64,000 nt of DNA from Thermoanaerobaculia bacterium (GTDB lineage Bacteria > Acidobacteriota > Thermoanaerobaculia > UBA5066): the NCBI GenBank assembly GCA_963816185.1, contig CAWFJJ010000028.1:160001-224000 (forward strand), written 5' to 3'. Both the position numbers and the translations under genes were made by a program. Below the pieces are notes generated by a model. That model had not been told where the DNA came from and made no database searches. It saw nothing but the letters and a program-made list of their open reading frames with translations. Positions 43,447 through 52,538 of the stretch are shown here, one piece after another (the stretch's first letter is position 1; the number at the start of each line of letters is the position of its first letter).

Positions 43447-43743
43447 ATGTCCGATTCACTCTTCGACCAGCTCAAAGCCCGGGGCGAGGGCTTCCTCACC
43501 GAGATCTCGAACAACCTGATGGCGAACCCGTCCTTCCTCGAGGTCCTGAAGAAAGGCATCGCCGTCAAGGAAGAGGTCGACAAGCGCGTGCTCGAGGCCC
43601 TCAAGGCCATGAGCGTGGCGACCCGCAAGGACATCACGAAGCTGGAGAAGCGCCTCGAAGAGCTTCAGGCCGACCTCGATTCGCTGAAGGCGAAAGCGTC
43701 GCCGAAGCCGCGGGCGCGCAAGGCCTCCGGGCGGAAAGGCTAG
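43447..43743 (+). CDS. Small coiled-coil, granule-associated (phasin-like) protein
   Basis: MSDSLFDQLK...MSVATRKDITKLEKRLEEL; motif shared with LNVPTRKELRSL of 49543-50052. Confidence 0.6.
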   Translation: MSDSLFDQLKARGEGFLTEISNNLMANPSFLEVLKKGIAVKEEVDKRVLEALKAMSVATRKDITKLEKRLEELQADLDSLKAKASPKPRARKASGRKG

Positions 43744-43752
43744 GGCCTCGCC

Positions 43753-44913
43753 GTGGCGGGGAAGGGCGACGCGAAGACCGCTCGGTCGCTCCGGAACGGA
43801 TCCGGCGGGCACGTCGTCCGCTTCCCGAAGGTCTCCGAGAGCGGAACGAAACGGCTGAAGGTCGTCGTCACGGGCGGCAGCGGCTTCTTCGGGGAGCGCC
43901 TCGTGCGCGCGCTGCTCACGCGCCCAGACCGCGAGGTCGTCGTGTTCGACCTCGTGCCCCCGGCGGACATGTCGGAGGCGAAGCATCGTTTCCTGGATCT
44001 GAACCTGCCCTTCGCCGACGGAACGCTCTTCAAGCTTCTGAAGGAGGAGAGGCCGGACGTCATCGTCCATCTCGCCCAGCTTCGCAGCCCCTCGCGACAC
44101 GCCACGTACGCGCACGAGCTGAACGCCATCGGCGCGCTGCACGTCTTTGCGGCCGCCGGCGAAGCGAAGATCCCGCGCATCCTGCTGGGCTCGACGTCCC
44201 TCGTCTACGGCGCGCGGGGAGATAACCCGAACTTCCTCTCGGAAGACCATCCCATGAGGCCCGATCCGGAGGACCGCTTCGTGGGCGACTTCGTCGAGGC
44301 CGAGGGCCACGCTCGCACCCACGTGCGCCGCCACCCGGAAGCTCGCGTGCAGATCCTGAGGTTCGTGCCGCTGCTTTCCCCGGAGGTTCGGGACTACCGG
44401 ACCCGGCTCTTCGCGGCCCCGTTCTCGTGGCAGCTCCTCGGGTACGACCCGCTCGTGCAGGCGCTGCATCCGGACGACGCCGTGGACGCTCTCGTGAGGG
44501 CGCTCGACCGGCCGGAAGCGCAGGGCGTCTTCAACATCTCTCCCGACGGCGTCGTGCCCCTGTCCTCGGTGCGGCTGCTTTTCGGGTCGCTTGGAATTCC
44601 CGTGCCGCACCCGCTCGGCTACGCGCTCTACGAGGCCGCCTGGCTCGCGGGCGTGGGCTTGATGCCGGGCGTCCACGCGCACTACCTCCGCTATTCCTGC
44701 GTCGTGGACGGCGAGAAAGCCCGGCGGATTCTGGGCTTCTCGGCGAGGCACACGACGCTCGAGGTCGTGCTCGAGACGGCCCGAGCCCGGTTCGGGTCGG
44801 GACGCCTGGTGGACTTCGACGCCGTCGCGGATGCGGCGCGCGCGGCGCGTTATGCCTACGAGCAGCGGGTCCGGCCGCTGTCGCGGGCCCGCGCGCAGGG
44901 AATCGCATCGTGA
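43753..44913 (+). CDS. NAD-dependent epimerase/dehydratase (extended SDR, Rv0501-like)
   Basis: VTGGSGFFG, VHLA, STSLVYGARGDNP, GYDPLVQALH. Confidence 0.85.
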   Translation: MAGKGDAKTARSLRNGSGGHVVRFPKVSESGTKRLKVVVTGGSGFFGERLVRALLTRPDREVVVFDLVPPADMSEAKHRFLDLNLPFADGTLFKLLKEERPDVIVHLAQLRSPSRHATYAHELNAIGALHVFAAAGEAKIPRILLGSTSLVYGARGDNPNFLSEDHPMRPDPEDRFVGDFVEAEGHARTHVRRHPEARVQILRFVPLLSPEVRDYRTRLFAAPFSWQLLGYDPLVQALHPDDAVDALVRALDRPEAQGVFNISPDGVVPLSSVRLLFGSLGIPVPHPLGYALYEAAWLAGVGLMPGVHAHYLRYSCVVDGEKARRILGFSARHTTLEVVLETARARFGSGRLVDFDAVADAARAARYAYEQRVRPLSRARAQGIAS

Positions 44914-45905
44914 GCGCTCGCCGTCATCCTTCCCCGCGCCCGGCTCCCGCCCTCTCCGAGGCCGCACGCAACGAAGGTCTGACGCCGTCGCTCCTCCCCA
45001 AGAATCCGGACGACCTCACGCGGATGCTCCTGGGAGAAGCCGCACGTTTCCTCGACGCGCATCCGGAATTCAAGTCGCCGCGCGCGCTCGTGGACGCCTG
45101 GAACCTCTTTCGCAGCCGGTCGCGCACGTTCCTTCTCGACGATTTCGGCTACGACGAGGTCGCCGCGCGCCCCTGGGCCGAGCTCTTCGACTTCCTTTAC
45201 ACCGTTTGGTGGCGCGTGACGTTGAGCGGAGTCGAGAACGTGCCGAACGCGGGCCGCGCGCTCCTCGTCGCGAATCACTCCGGAGTCCTGCCGTGGGACG
45301 GCGCGATGGTCAAGCGCGGGATCGCCCGCGAGCACCCCGCGCACCGCACGGCGCGGATGCTCGTTCTCGACATGTTCACGACTCTGCCGTTCCTGCAGCC
45401 GTGGCTGCGCCACATGGGCGAGGTGCGCGCCTGCCCCGAGAACGGCACGCGGCTGCTCCAGCGCGACGAGCTCGTCGGGGTTTTCCCCGAGGGCGTCAAG
45501 GGAGTCGGCAAGCTCTTCCGCGACCGCTACCGCCTCGCGCGGTTCGGCCGCGGCGGTTTCGTGCGCCTCGCCCTGCAGACGGGCGCCCCCATCATTCCGG
45601 TCTCCGTCGTGGGCGCCGAGGAAATCCACCCGAATCTCACGCGCATGGACTTCATCGGCAAGCCCCTCGGCCTGCCGTACTTCCCGCTCACGCCCACGTT
45701 CCCGCTCCTGGGCCCGATCGGCTTCCTCCCATTGCCGACGAAATGGTGGATCGACATCGGCAGGCCGATCGCATTCGACCACGGGCCCGAGATCGCCGAC
45801 CGCCCGATGATCGTGAACGAGCTCGCGGACCAGGTGCGCTCGACTCTCCAGACGATGATCGACTCGCGCCTCGCGCGCCGCGGGAACGTCTTTACGGGAG
45901 AGTAG
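44910..45905 (+). CDS. PlsC-like acyltransferase (Rv0502-like)
   Basis: DDFGYD, VANHSGVLPWD (HxxxxxD), FPEG, FGRGGFV, VGAEE. Confidence 0.88.
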   Translation: MSARRHPSPRPAPALSEAARNEGLTPSLLPKNPDDLTRMLLGEAARFLDAHPEFKSPRALVDAWNLFRSRSRTFLLDDFGYDEVAARPWAELFDFLYTVWWRVTLSGVENVPNAGRALLVANHSGVLPWDGAMVKRGIAREHPAHRTARMLVLDMFTTLPFLQPWLRHMGEVRACPENGTRLLQRDELVGVFPEGVKGVGKLFRDRYRLARFGRGGFVRLALQTGAPIIPVSVVGAEEIHPNLTRMDFIGKPLGLPYFPLTPTFPLLGPIGFLPLPTKWWIDIGRPIAFDHGPEIADRPMIVNELADQVRSTLQTMIDSRLARRGNVFTGE

Positions 45906-45945
45906 CCGCGGAACTTCCGGGGCCATCATTCGTATTTTTCTGCGA

Positions 45946-48195
45946 ATGAAGGTCGGACGGGAAGCCGCGATCGCGCTGGGGGCGGTCCTTCTCTGCGCGT
46001 CGGGGAGAGCACCGCGGCTCCTGGCCGGGGAGAATCCTCATCTGACGACCCGGCCCGCGCGCGGGCCGATCACGGTCGACGGGTCTCTGGACGACCCGGG
46101 CTGGAAGGGGGCGGCCGAGATCCGCGATTTCTACGAGATCTCGCCCGGCGACAACACGCCGCCGAAGGTGAGGACGACGGCCTGGATCGCGTATGACGGC
46201 CGCTTCTTCTACGTCGCGATCAAGTGCGACGACCCGCGGCCTCGGGACATCCAGGCCCAGCACGTCGAGCGGGACCACGTGTCCAACGACCAGGACTTCG
46301 CCGGCATCATGCTCGACACTCGGAACGACGGGCGCACGGGAATCGAGTTCTTCGTCAATCCTTACGGAATCCAGGACGATTTCGTCCTCGACGAATCCAT
46401 CGTGAACGGGAGCAGCGAGGACGTTTCCCCCGACTTCCACTGGGACTCGGCCGCCAGGATCACCCCGGACGGGTGGCAGCTCGAGATGCGGATCCCGTTC
46501 TCGAGCCTGCGTTACGGCGACGCGGACCCGCAGACGTGGGGGATCGTCGTTTTTCGCAACTGGACCCGCGACTTTCGGTACCAGATCGCGAGCAACCGCG
46601 CTCCGCGCGAGTCGAGCTGCTTCATCTGCCATGCGGCGAAGCTCGAGGGGCTCGCGGGCCTGCCGCACGCGGGCCACTTCGTCGTGGCGCCGTATGGGAC
46701 GCTCACGGAAGCGGGCGTGCCGCGCGAGGGGCCCGGTTCGACCTTCCGCAACGAACCGGTCCGCGGGAACGGCGGCCTCGACGTCAAGTGGTGCCCGGAC
46801 GAGAACTTCGCGCTGGACGGGACGCTCAATCCCGACTTTTCCCAGGTCGAGTCCGACGTCGCGCAGATCTCCGCGAACAACCGCTTCGCGCTCTTCTACC
46901 CGGAAAAGCGCCCCTTCTTCATGGAGCGCTCCCAGCTCTTCAACGCCCCGATCCAGGCCATTTACACGCGAACGATCACCTCGCCGCGCTGGGGGGCGCG
47001 CGCTTCGGGTGACGCGGGCGGGAACGCGTGGACCGTCCTCGTCGCACAGGACCGCGGCGGCGGCACGGTAACCGTCCCGGGACCCGCCCAGTCTTCGTCG
47101 GCGCCGCAGGACTTCTCGTCGTTCGTCGGGATCGGCCGCGTCCAGCACGCGTTCGCGGGCCGATCGTTCGCGAGCTTCCTGGTGACGGACCGGGAGGTGG
47201 AGGGCGGCGGGCACAACCGCGTGTTCGGGCCCGACCTCTATTGGGCCCCGAACGACCAGGACAGGGTCACGGGCCAGATCCTCGTGTCGATGACGGCGAC
47301 GCCGTCCCGGCCGGACGTCTCGGCGGACTGGGACGGGCGGTCGTTCTCGTCGCGGGCGTTCACGCTCCAGTGGAGTCACGCGGACACACATTGGAACTGG
47401 ACAAGCATCTACAGGGACCTCGGAGACGGGTTCCGAGCCGACGTCGGGTACGTCCCGCAGGTCGGGATTCGCGAAGGTTCGGCGAACATCAACTACGTCT
47501 TCTACACCGGGGGCCTCTTCTCGCGCGTCATCCCCGTTCTCTTCGGAGACTACGTCGCAGACACGGTGGGCCGGACCGTGACGAGCGTCGTCGCGCCGGG
47601 GATCTCGTTCCAGGGCAAAGCGGGGCTCAACGGCGAGATCGACTACAACGCGCACGATCTCGAGCGCGCGGGGTCGAACCTGCTCCCCGCGGCGCGCTGG
47701 TTTCTCAATCTGTACGTGACGCCGGGAGGTTTCGTGTCCAGCGTCTCACTTCAGGGTCATCTCGGCGGCGCTATCGACTACATCGGAAACCGGGCGGGAC
47801 GCGGCGGCGACGCGACGCTCTCGGTCTCCCTTCGGCCCACGCGGCACTTGCAGCTCCAGTTCGACGGAGCTCTTCAGTGGTTGAACCTCTCGGGCGAGCG
47901 CCTCTTCACGGCGCAGATCGAGAGGCTGAAGACGACGTACGTCTTCGACCGGCGCACGTTCGTGCGCCTGATCGGGCAGTACGTGAGGACCGATCTCGCG
48001 CCCGAGCTCTATCCGGTGCCCCCGCCGAGGACGACCGGCGGCCTCCAGGCGTCCGCCCTCCTCGGCTACCAGCTCGACTGGCAGTCCGTCCTCTACTTCG
48101 GCTACGGGGACAATCGGGCTCTCTCGGAAGACGCGCAGCTCCTGAAGGGAGGGCGCGACTTCTTCCTCAAGATCTCGTACGCGTTCCAGCGCTGA
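45946..48195 (+). CDS. CBM9-like plus DUF5916-type outer-membrane beta-barrel protein
   Basis: IT.DG.LDD..W, GWQLEMRIPFSSLRY, LNPDFSQVESD, LFYPEKRPFF, terminal LKISYAF. Confidence 0.8.
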   Translation: MKVGREAAIALGAVLLCASGRAPRLLAGENPHLTTRPARGPITVDGSLDDPGWKGAAEIRDFYEISPGDNTPPKVRTTAWIAYDGRFFYVAIKCDDPRPRDIQAQHVERDHVSNDQDFAGIMLDTRNDGRTGIEFFVNPYGIQDDFVLDESIVNGSSEDVSPDFHWDSAARITPDGWQLEMRIPFSSLRYGDADPQTWGIVVFRNWTRDFRYQIASNRAPRESSCFICHAAKLEGLAGLPHAGHFVVAPYGTLTEAGVPREGPGSTFRNEPVRGNGGLDVKWCPDENFALDGTLNPDFSQVESDVAQISANNRFALFYPEKRPFFMERSQLFNAPIQAIYTRTITSPRWGARASGDAGGNAWTVLVAQDRGGGTVTVPGPAQSSSAPQDFSSFVGIGRVQHAFAGRSFASFLVTDREVEGGGHNRVFGPDLYWAPNDQDRVTGQILVSMTATPSRPDVSADWDGRSFSSRAFTLQWSHADTHWNWTSIYRDLGDGFRADVGYVPQVGIREGSANINYVFYTGGLFSRVIPVLFGDYVADTVGRTVTSVVAPGISFQGKAGLNGEIDYNAHDLERAGSNLLPAARWFLNLYVTPGGFVSSVSLQGHLGGAIDYIGNRAGRGGDATLSVSLRPTRHLQLQFDGALQWLNLSGERLFTAQIERLKTTYVFDRRTFVRLIGQYVRTDLAPELYPVPPPRTTGGLQASALLGYQLDWQSVLYFGYGDNRALSEDAQLLKGGRDFFLKISYAFQR

Positions 48196-49471
48196 GCTTC
48201 CAACGCTCGAGGTCACTTTCGAGAGCCGCGAGGGAGGCCGTGAGGCGCGTGGCCGTGCAGCCGCTCGCACGATCCGCGTTGAGCTTCACGCGCGAGAGGT
48301 CGCGTGCGCAGGCCGGGCGCAGGACGAGGCCATGCTTCGCGAAGACGCGCTGGAACCGCTTGAAGTCGGAGTCGAGGAGAGCCATCGTCGAGCGGTAGGC
48401 GTACTCGGCGATGCGGGTGCGCCCCGACGTCCGCATGATGTTGCGCATGAAGCGCGGCAGATCCTCGGGCTTCGGCTCGAAGACGAGAACGTCGGCCTCG
48501 GGGGCCTCGCGCCGGTAGCGCGTGAGGCCGTAACGCAGGCGCGAGTGGAGCGTCACGCGAAAAACCTGGTCGAGAATCGTCGGGAGGCCGCGGCTGCGGA
48601 GGAGGCCCGCCTCGTCGGCGCCCAGCCGCTTCACGGCGCTCTCGGGATGCGGGATCCGCACGGGGACGAGCGGGTTGATACAGATCGTCAGGCCGCAGCG
48701 CTCTCGGAGAGCGAGCGAGATGTGCGCGGTCTTGCGCACGCCGCCGTCGATGTAATCCGTGCCGCCGATGCGGACGGGGCGGTAGAGGCCCGGAATCGCG
48801 CACGATGCCGCGACCGCCTTGGAAATCGGGACGTCCTCGAGGCCCGGGGCGCCGAACTTCGCCGTCTCGCCCGTGTCGAGGTCCACGGCGACGAGTCGGA
48901 GCGTCTTGCCCAGTCGGCGGAAGTCGTTGGTGCGCCCCCCCTGTGTCAGCCATTTCTGAAGCCAGGCCTCGAGTCCCTGGTTGTGGAACACCCCGGAAGG
49001 CAGGAGCTGGCCGAGGGACTGCACGAGGTCCGTGAGCGTCGTCTCGCGCCGGTTCTTGTAGAAATCCCAGGCGGCGTCGAGGACCGTGAAGGGGGCCGTG
49101 GCCAGGCGTGTCGCGATCTCGCCGAGGTTGAGGCCGAAGAGGGCGAGGTCGTCGATGTCGGTGCGCGTGCCGGCCGAGCGCGTCACGTTCCGGAAGAGCA
49201 CACCCGGCGTGACGGAGTTCGCGAGCAGGGCCGAGATGTAGGCGCCTGCCGAGACGCCGACGAAGACGTCGAAATCGGTGATCGAAGCGTTCTCGAGGCG
49301 GTCATCGAGCGCCGCGAGGGCCCCGATCTCGTAAATGGCGCCGGTGACGCCCCCGCCCGCGCACACGAGCCCGAGACGCTTGCGGATGGGCGACGGAAAC
49401 GGCCGGAACACCTGCTCGGACGGACCTCTCCCGAGCGTGTCGGTCCCGGGCGGTTGCCTATGGCCGGCCAT
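48167..49471 (-). CDS. Patatin-like phospholipase/esterase
   Basis: AGGGVTG, GVSAG nucleophile elbow, ASCAIPG, YIDGG. Confidence 0.9.
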   Translation of the reverse strand: MAGHRQPPGTDTLGRGPSEQVFRPFPSPIRKRLGLVCAGGGVTGAIYEIGALAALDDRLENASITDFDVFVGVSAGAYISALLANSVTPGVLFRNVTRSAGTRTDIDDLALFGLNLGEIATRLATAPFTVLDAAWDFYKNRRETTLTDLVQSLGQLLPSGVFHNQGLEAWLQKWLTQGGRTNDFRRLGKTLRLVAVDLDTGETAKFGAPGLEDVPISKAVAASCAIPGLYRPVRIGGTDYIDGGVRKTAHISLALRERCGLTICINPLVPVRIPHPESAVKRLGADEAGLLRSRGLPTILDQVFRVTLHSRLRYGLTRYRREAPEADVLVFEPKPEDLPRFMRNIMRTSGRTRIAEYAYRSTMALLDSDFKRFQRVFAKHGLVLRPACARDLSRVKLNADRASGCTATRLTASLAALESDLERWKLSAGTRTRS

Positions 49472-49542
49472 CTTGCGTTTCGTAATAAAAAAGGCGCCGC
49501 CTTTCGGGCGGCGCCTCGCAGTCTATCCGATTTCGTCCCTTC

Positions 49543-50052
49543 TCAGCGGGCGCGCGCGACGCGTGTCGGCTTGCGGCTCTTCAGCGCGTCGATCTTCTTG
49601 CCGAGGCCGTCGACCTTGGCCGAGAGGGAACGGAGCTCCTTGCGCGTCGGGACGTTCAGGCTGTGAAGGCCTTTCTCGACGGCCGTGCCGACGGTTTCGG
49701 TCACGTTCTTCGCGACGCCCCCGGCGCGGCGTGCCGCCTCGGCGCCCGCCTTCTGGACGCGTTCCTGCACGTCGCCGCCGACCTTCCCGGCGTTCTTGCG
49801 AAGCATCTGGCCGAGGTCCCGGCCCGACTCCATGACATCTTCCATGAAAGCGCGCGGATCCTTCGCGAGGGACTCGCCGGTCTTCTTGAGATCGCGCGCC
49901 GCGACGATGACCTTCTTTTCGGTCTTGGCCGCGACGTTCTTCGCCTTCACGCTGAGCGCATCGAAGCGGCTGCCGGCCGTCTTCAGGACCTTTTCGACCG
50001 GCGGAGGAAAGTGGAAGGGAAGCTTTGGCGAGACCTTGCGGGTGGCTTTCAT
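49543..50052 (-). CDS. Phasin-like (PhaF/PhaI-type) granule protein
   Basis: Amphipathic Lys/Ala-rich helices; LHSLNVPTRKELRSLSAKVDGL. Confidence 0.65.
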   Translation of the reverse strand: MKATRKVSPKLPFHFPPPVEKVLKTAGSRFDALSVKAKNVAAKTEKKVIVAARDLKKTGESLAKDPRAFMEDVMESGRDLGQMLRKNAGKVGGDVQERVQKAGAEAARRAGGVAKNVTETVGTAVEKGLHSLNVPTRKELRSLSAKVDGLGKKIDALKSRKPTRVARAR

Positions 50053-50768
50053 ACGATTCTCCTTTTGCTGGACCGGGCGGTTCCCGGATGGTTTCGAGAG
50101 GACGCCGCGGCGCGGCGCAGGGATGGCTCTTGCGGGGACTTCGGAGGAAAAGCGCTCTTGGCGAGGGACTCGAGCTGGGCGAGACGCGCCTTGAGATCTT
50201 CGATCTCCTTCGTGAGGCCGGGCTGGGCGCCCGGAGACAGCCGGTTCGCGATGTCGCGGACGCTGCCGACGACGTCGGAAAGGCTCTCGCGGAAAACGAG
50301 GCCGACGTCTTCGCGCAGGCGCGTCCCCTCTTCCCAGGTGAGCCGCCCCTTTTCGACGAGCCCCCCGACGATCTTCTCGACGTCCTGGCGGGCGTCCTCG
50401 AGCCGGCGGGTGAGCGGAGCCAGAGTCCTCCCGAGACGCTCGGGGCGCGAGGCCCTTCGGAGCTTCTCCGCGACGCGGGCGCCGCCGACTCGCTCGACGG
50501 CTCCCGCGACGGTTTCGGCCGCCTCGCTGCCCGCGCGAAGCAGCCGAGTCAACGCGTCGGCCGAGGCGACGATAGGCGTGCGCCCGTGTACGAGGGCGCG
50601 GGAAAGGATTTTCACGGTGATGTCCTCACCCGTATCCGCGGCGATGACTTCCACGCGATCGCCCTCGGAGACCGCCTTCGCGAGGTCGGCGAGGGTCACG
50701 AAACGGCGCTCGCGCGCCTCGTAGAGCTTCCGGTTGCGGTAGCGGACGATTCGACGAGGGTCGCTCAT
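50049..50768 (-). CDS. PhaR-like DNA-binding regulator with phasin-like C-terminus
   Basis: IVRYRNRKLYE...FVTLADL..V..G..V.V....TGEDIT (PHB-accumulation regulator N-domain); LVEKGRLTWEEG. Confidence 0.8.
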   Translation of the reverse strand: MSDPRRIVRYRNRKLYEARERRFVTLADLAKAVSEGDRVEVIAADTGEDITVKILSRALVHGRTPIVASADALTRLLRAGSEAAETVAGAVERVGGARVAEKLRRASRPERLGRTLAPLTRRLEDARQDVEKIVGGLVEKGRLTWEEGTRLREDVGLVFRESLSDVVGSVRDIANRLSPGAQPGLTKEIEDLKARLAQLESLAKSAFPPKSPQEPSLRRAAASSRNHPGTARSSKRRIV

Positions 50769-50779
50769 GCGGGACAATA

Positions 50780-50829
50780 TAACGCGCTGCGTAATCACTG
50801 TCAAGAGAAAACGTGACGCGTTGCGTCAC
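50780..50829. promoter_or_regulatory. Two palindromic operators between the PhaR-like gene and hutU
   Basis: taacgc-gct-gcgtaa (50780-50794) and perfect gtgacgc-gtt-gcgtcac (50813-50829). Confidence 0.6.
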
Positions 50830-50846
50830 CGACCCGCCCGGCTAAC

Positions 50847-52538
50847 ATGACGGGCATGCAAAGCACCTCGGCTCCCGCCGCTTTCTCGCCGCCAGCGCTT
50901 CCGAAGGGGACGGCCCTCACGTGCCGTTCGTGGCTCACGGAGGCCCCCTACAGGATGCTCCTGAACAATCTCGACCCCGCAGTCGCCGAGCGCCGCGAAG
51001 ACCTCGTCGTCTACGGCGGCTCGGGCAAGGCCGCCCGGAACCCCGCGTGTCTCGCTGCGATTCTCGAGGAGCTGCGCCGCCTCGGCGACGACGAGACGCT
51101 TCTCGTGCAGTCGGGGAAGCCGGTCGGGGTGTTCCGGACGCACGCGGACGCTCCGCGCGTCCTGATCGCGAATGCCAACCTCGTGCCGCACTGGGCGACG
51201 TGGGACGAGTTTCGTCGTCTCGAAGCCCTCGGCCTGACGATGTTCGGTCAGATGACCGCGGGCTCGTGGATCTACATCGGCACGCAGGGGATCCTTCAGG
51301 GCACGTACGAGACCTTTGCCGAAGCCGCGCGCCGCGACCTCTCGTCGCCTGACGGCTCGCTCGCCGGGCGCCTCGTCGTGACGGCCGGCCTCGGCGGGAT
51401 GGGCGGGGCGCAACCGATGGCCGCCACGATGTGCGGAGGAACCGCGCTCGTCGCCGAAGTGGACGGGGCGCGTATCGACAAGCGCCTCGCGACGCGCTAT
51501 CTCGACGAGCGCGTCGACGACCTCGACACGGGGATCGACCGTGCGCTCGCCGCGCGGGACCGCCGGGAGGCCCGTTCTTTCGGCGTGCTCGCCAACGCGG
51601 TCGACCTCCTCGAACGGCTCCTTCTGCGCGGCCTCGTCCCGGATCTCCTCACCGACCAGACGTCCGCACACGACGAGCTGAACGGCTACGTTCCGCACGG
51701 CCTCCCGTACGAGGACGCGCTCCGCCTCCGGTCGAAAGATCCCGAGGCTTACCGCCGACGGGCCATCGCCTCGATGGGTGCCCACGTGAAGGCAATGCTC
51801 GCGCTGAAGGCTCGCGGCGCCGTGACGTTCGACTACGGGAACAACCTGCGGGCCGGCGCGGTGAAGGCCGGGGTGGCGAATGCCTTCGACATCGTCGGCT
51901 TCGTCCCGCTGTACATCCGCCCCCTGTTCTGCGAGGGCAAGGGGCCGTTCCGGTGGGCGGCGCTCTCGGGAGATCCCGCGGACATCGCGGAGACGGACCG
52001 GGAGATCCTGCGCCTCTTCCCGGGAAACGCCGCTCTGAAGCGCTGGATCACGCTCGCGGGCGAGCGCGTCGCGTTTCAGGGGCTGCCGGCGAGGATCTGC
52101 TGGCTCGGATACGGAGAGCGCGCGCAGGCGGGCCTCGCGTTCAACGAGCTCGTGCGCACGGGACGCGTGAAGGCCCCGATCGTGATCGGTCGCGACCATC
52201 TCGACTGCGGCTCCGTCGCGTCTCCGAACCGCGAGACCGAGGCCATGGCGGACGGCAGCGACGCGATCGCCGATTGGCCCGTCCTGAATGCGCTCCTCAA
52301 CACGGCCGCGGGCGCGACGTGGGTCTCCTTCCATCACGGCGGCGGCGTCGGGATCGGCTACTCGCTTCACGCCGGGATGGTCGTCGTCGCGGACGGGACC
52401 GAGAAGGCCGCGGCGCGTCTCGCGCGGGTTCTCGCGACGGACCCGGGGATCGGCATCGCGCGCCACGCGGACGCCGGCTATCCGGAGGCGCTCGCCTCGG
52501 CCGCGCGTCACGGGATCCGGATCCCGATGGCGCGTTGA
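50847..52538 (+). CDS. hutU: Urocanate hydratase
   Basis: [60 protein letters not shown]. Confidence 0.97.
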   Translation: MTGMQSTSAPAAFSPPALPKGTALTCRSWLTEAPYRMLLNNLDPAVAERREDLVVYGGSGKAARNPACLAAILEELRRLGDDETLLVQSGKPVGVFRTHADAPRVLIANANLVPHWATWDEFRRLEALGLTMFGQMTAGSWIYIGTQGILQGTYETFAEAARRDLSSPDGSLAGRLVVTAGLGGMGGAQPMAATMCGGTALVAEVDGARIDKRLATRYLDERVDDLDTGIDRALAARDRREARSFGVLANAVDLLERLLLRGLVPDLLTDQTSAHDELNGYVPHGLPYEDALRLRSKDPEAYRRRAIASMGAHVKAMLALKARGAVTFDYGNNLRAGAVKAGVANAFDIVGFVPLYIRPLFCEGKGPFRWAALSGDPADIAETDREILRLFPGNAALKRWITLAGERVAFQGLPARICWLGYGERAQAGLAFNELVRTGRVKAPIVIGRDHLDCGSVASPNRETEAMADGSDAIADWPVLNALLNTAAGATWVSFHHGGGVGIGYSLHAGMVVVADGTEKAAARLARVLATDPGIGIARHADAGYPEALASAARHGIRIPMAR

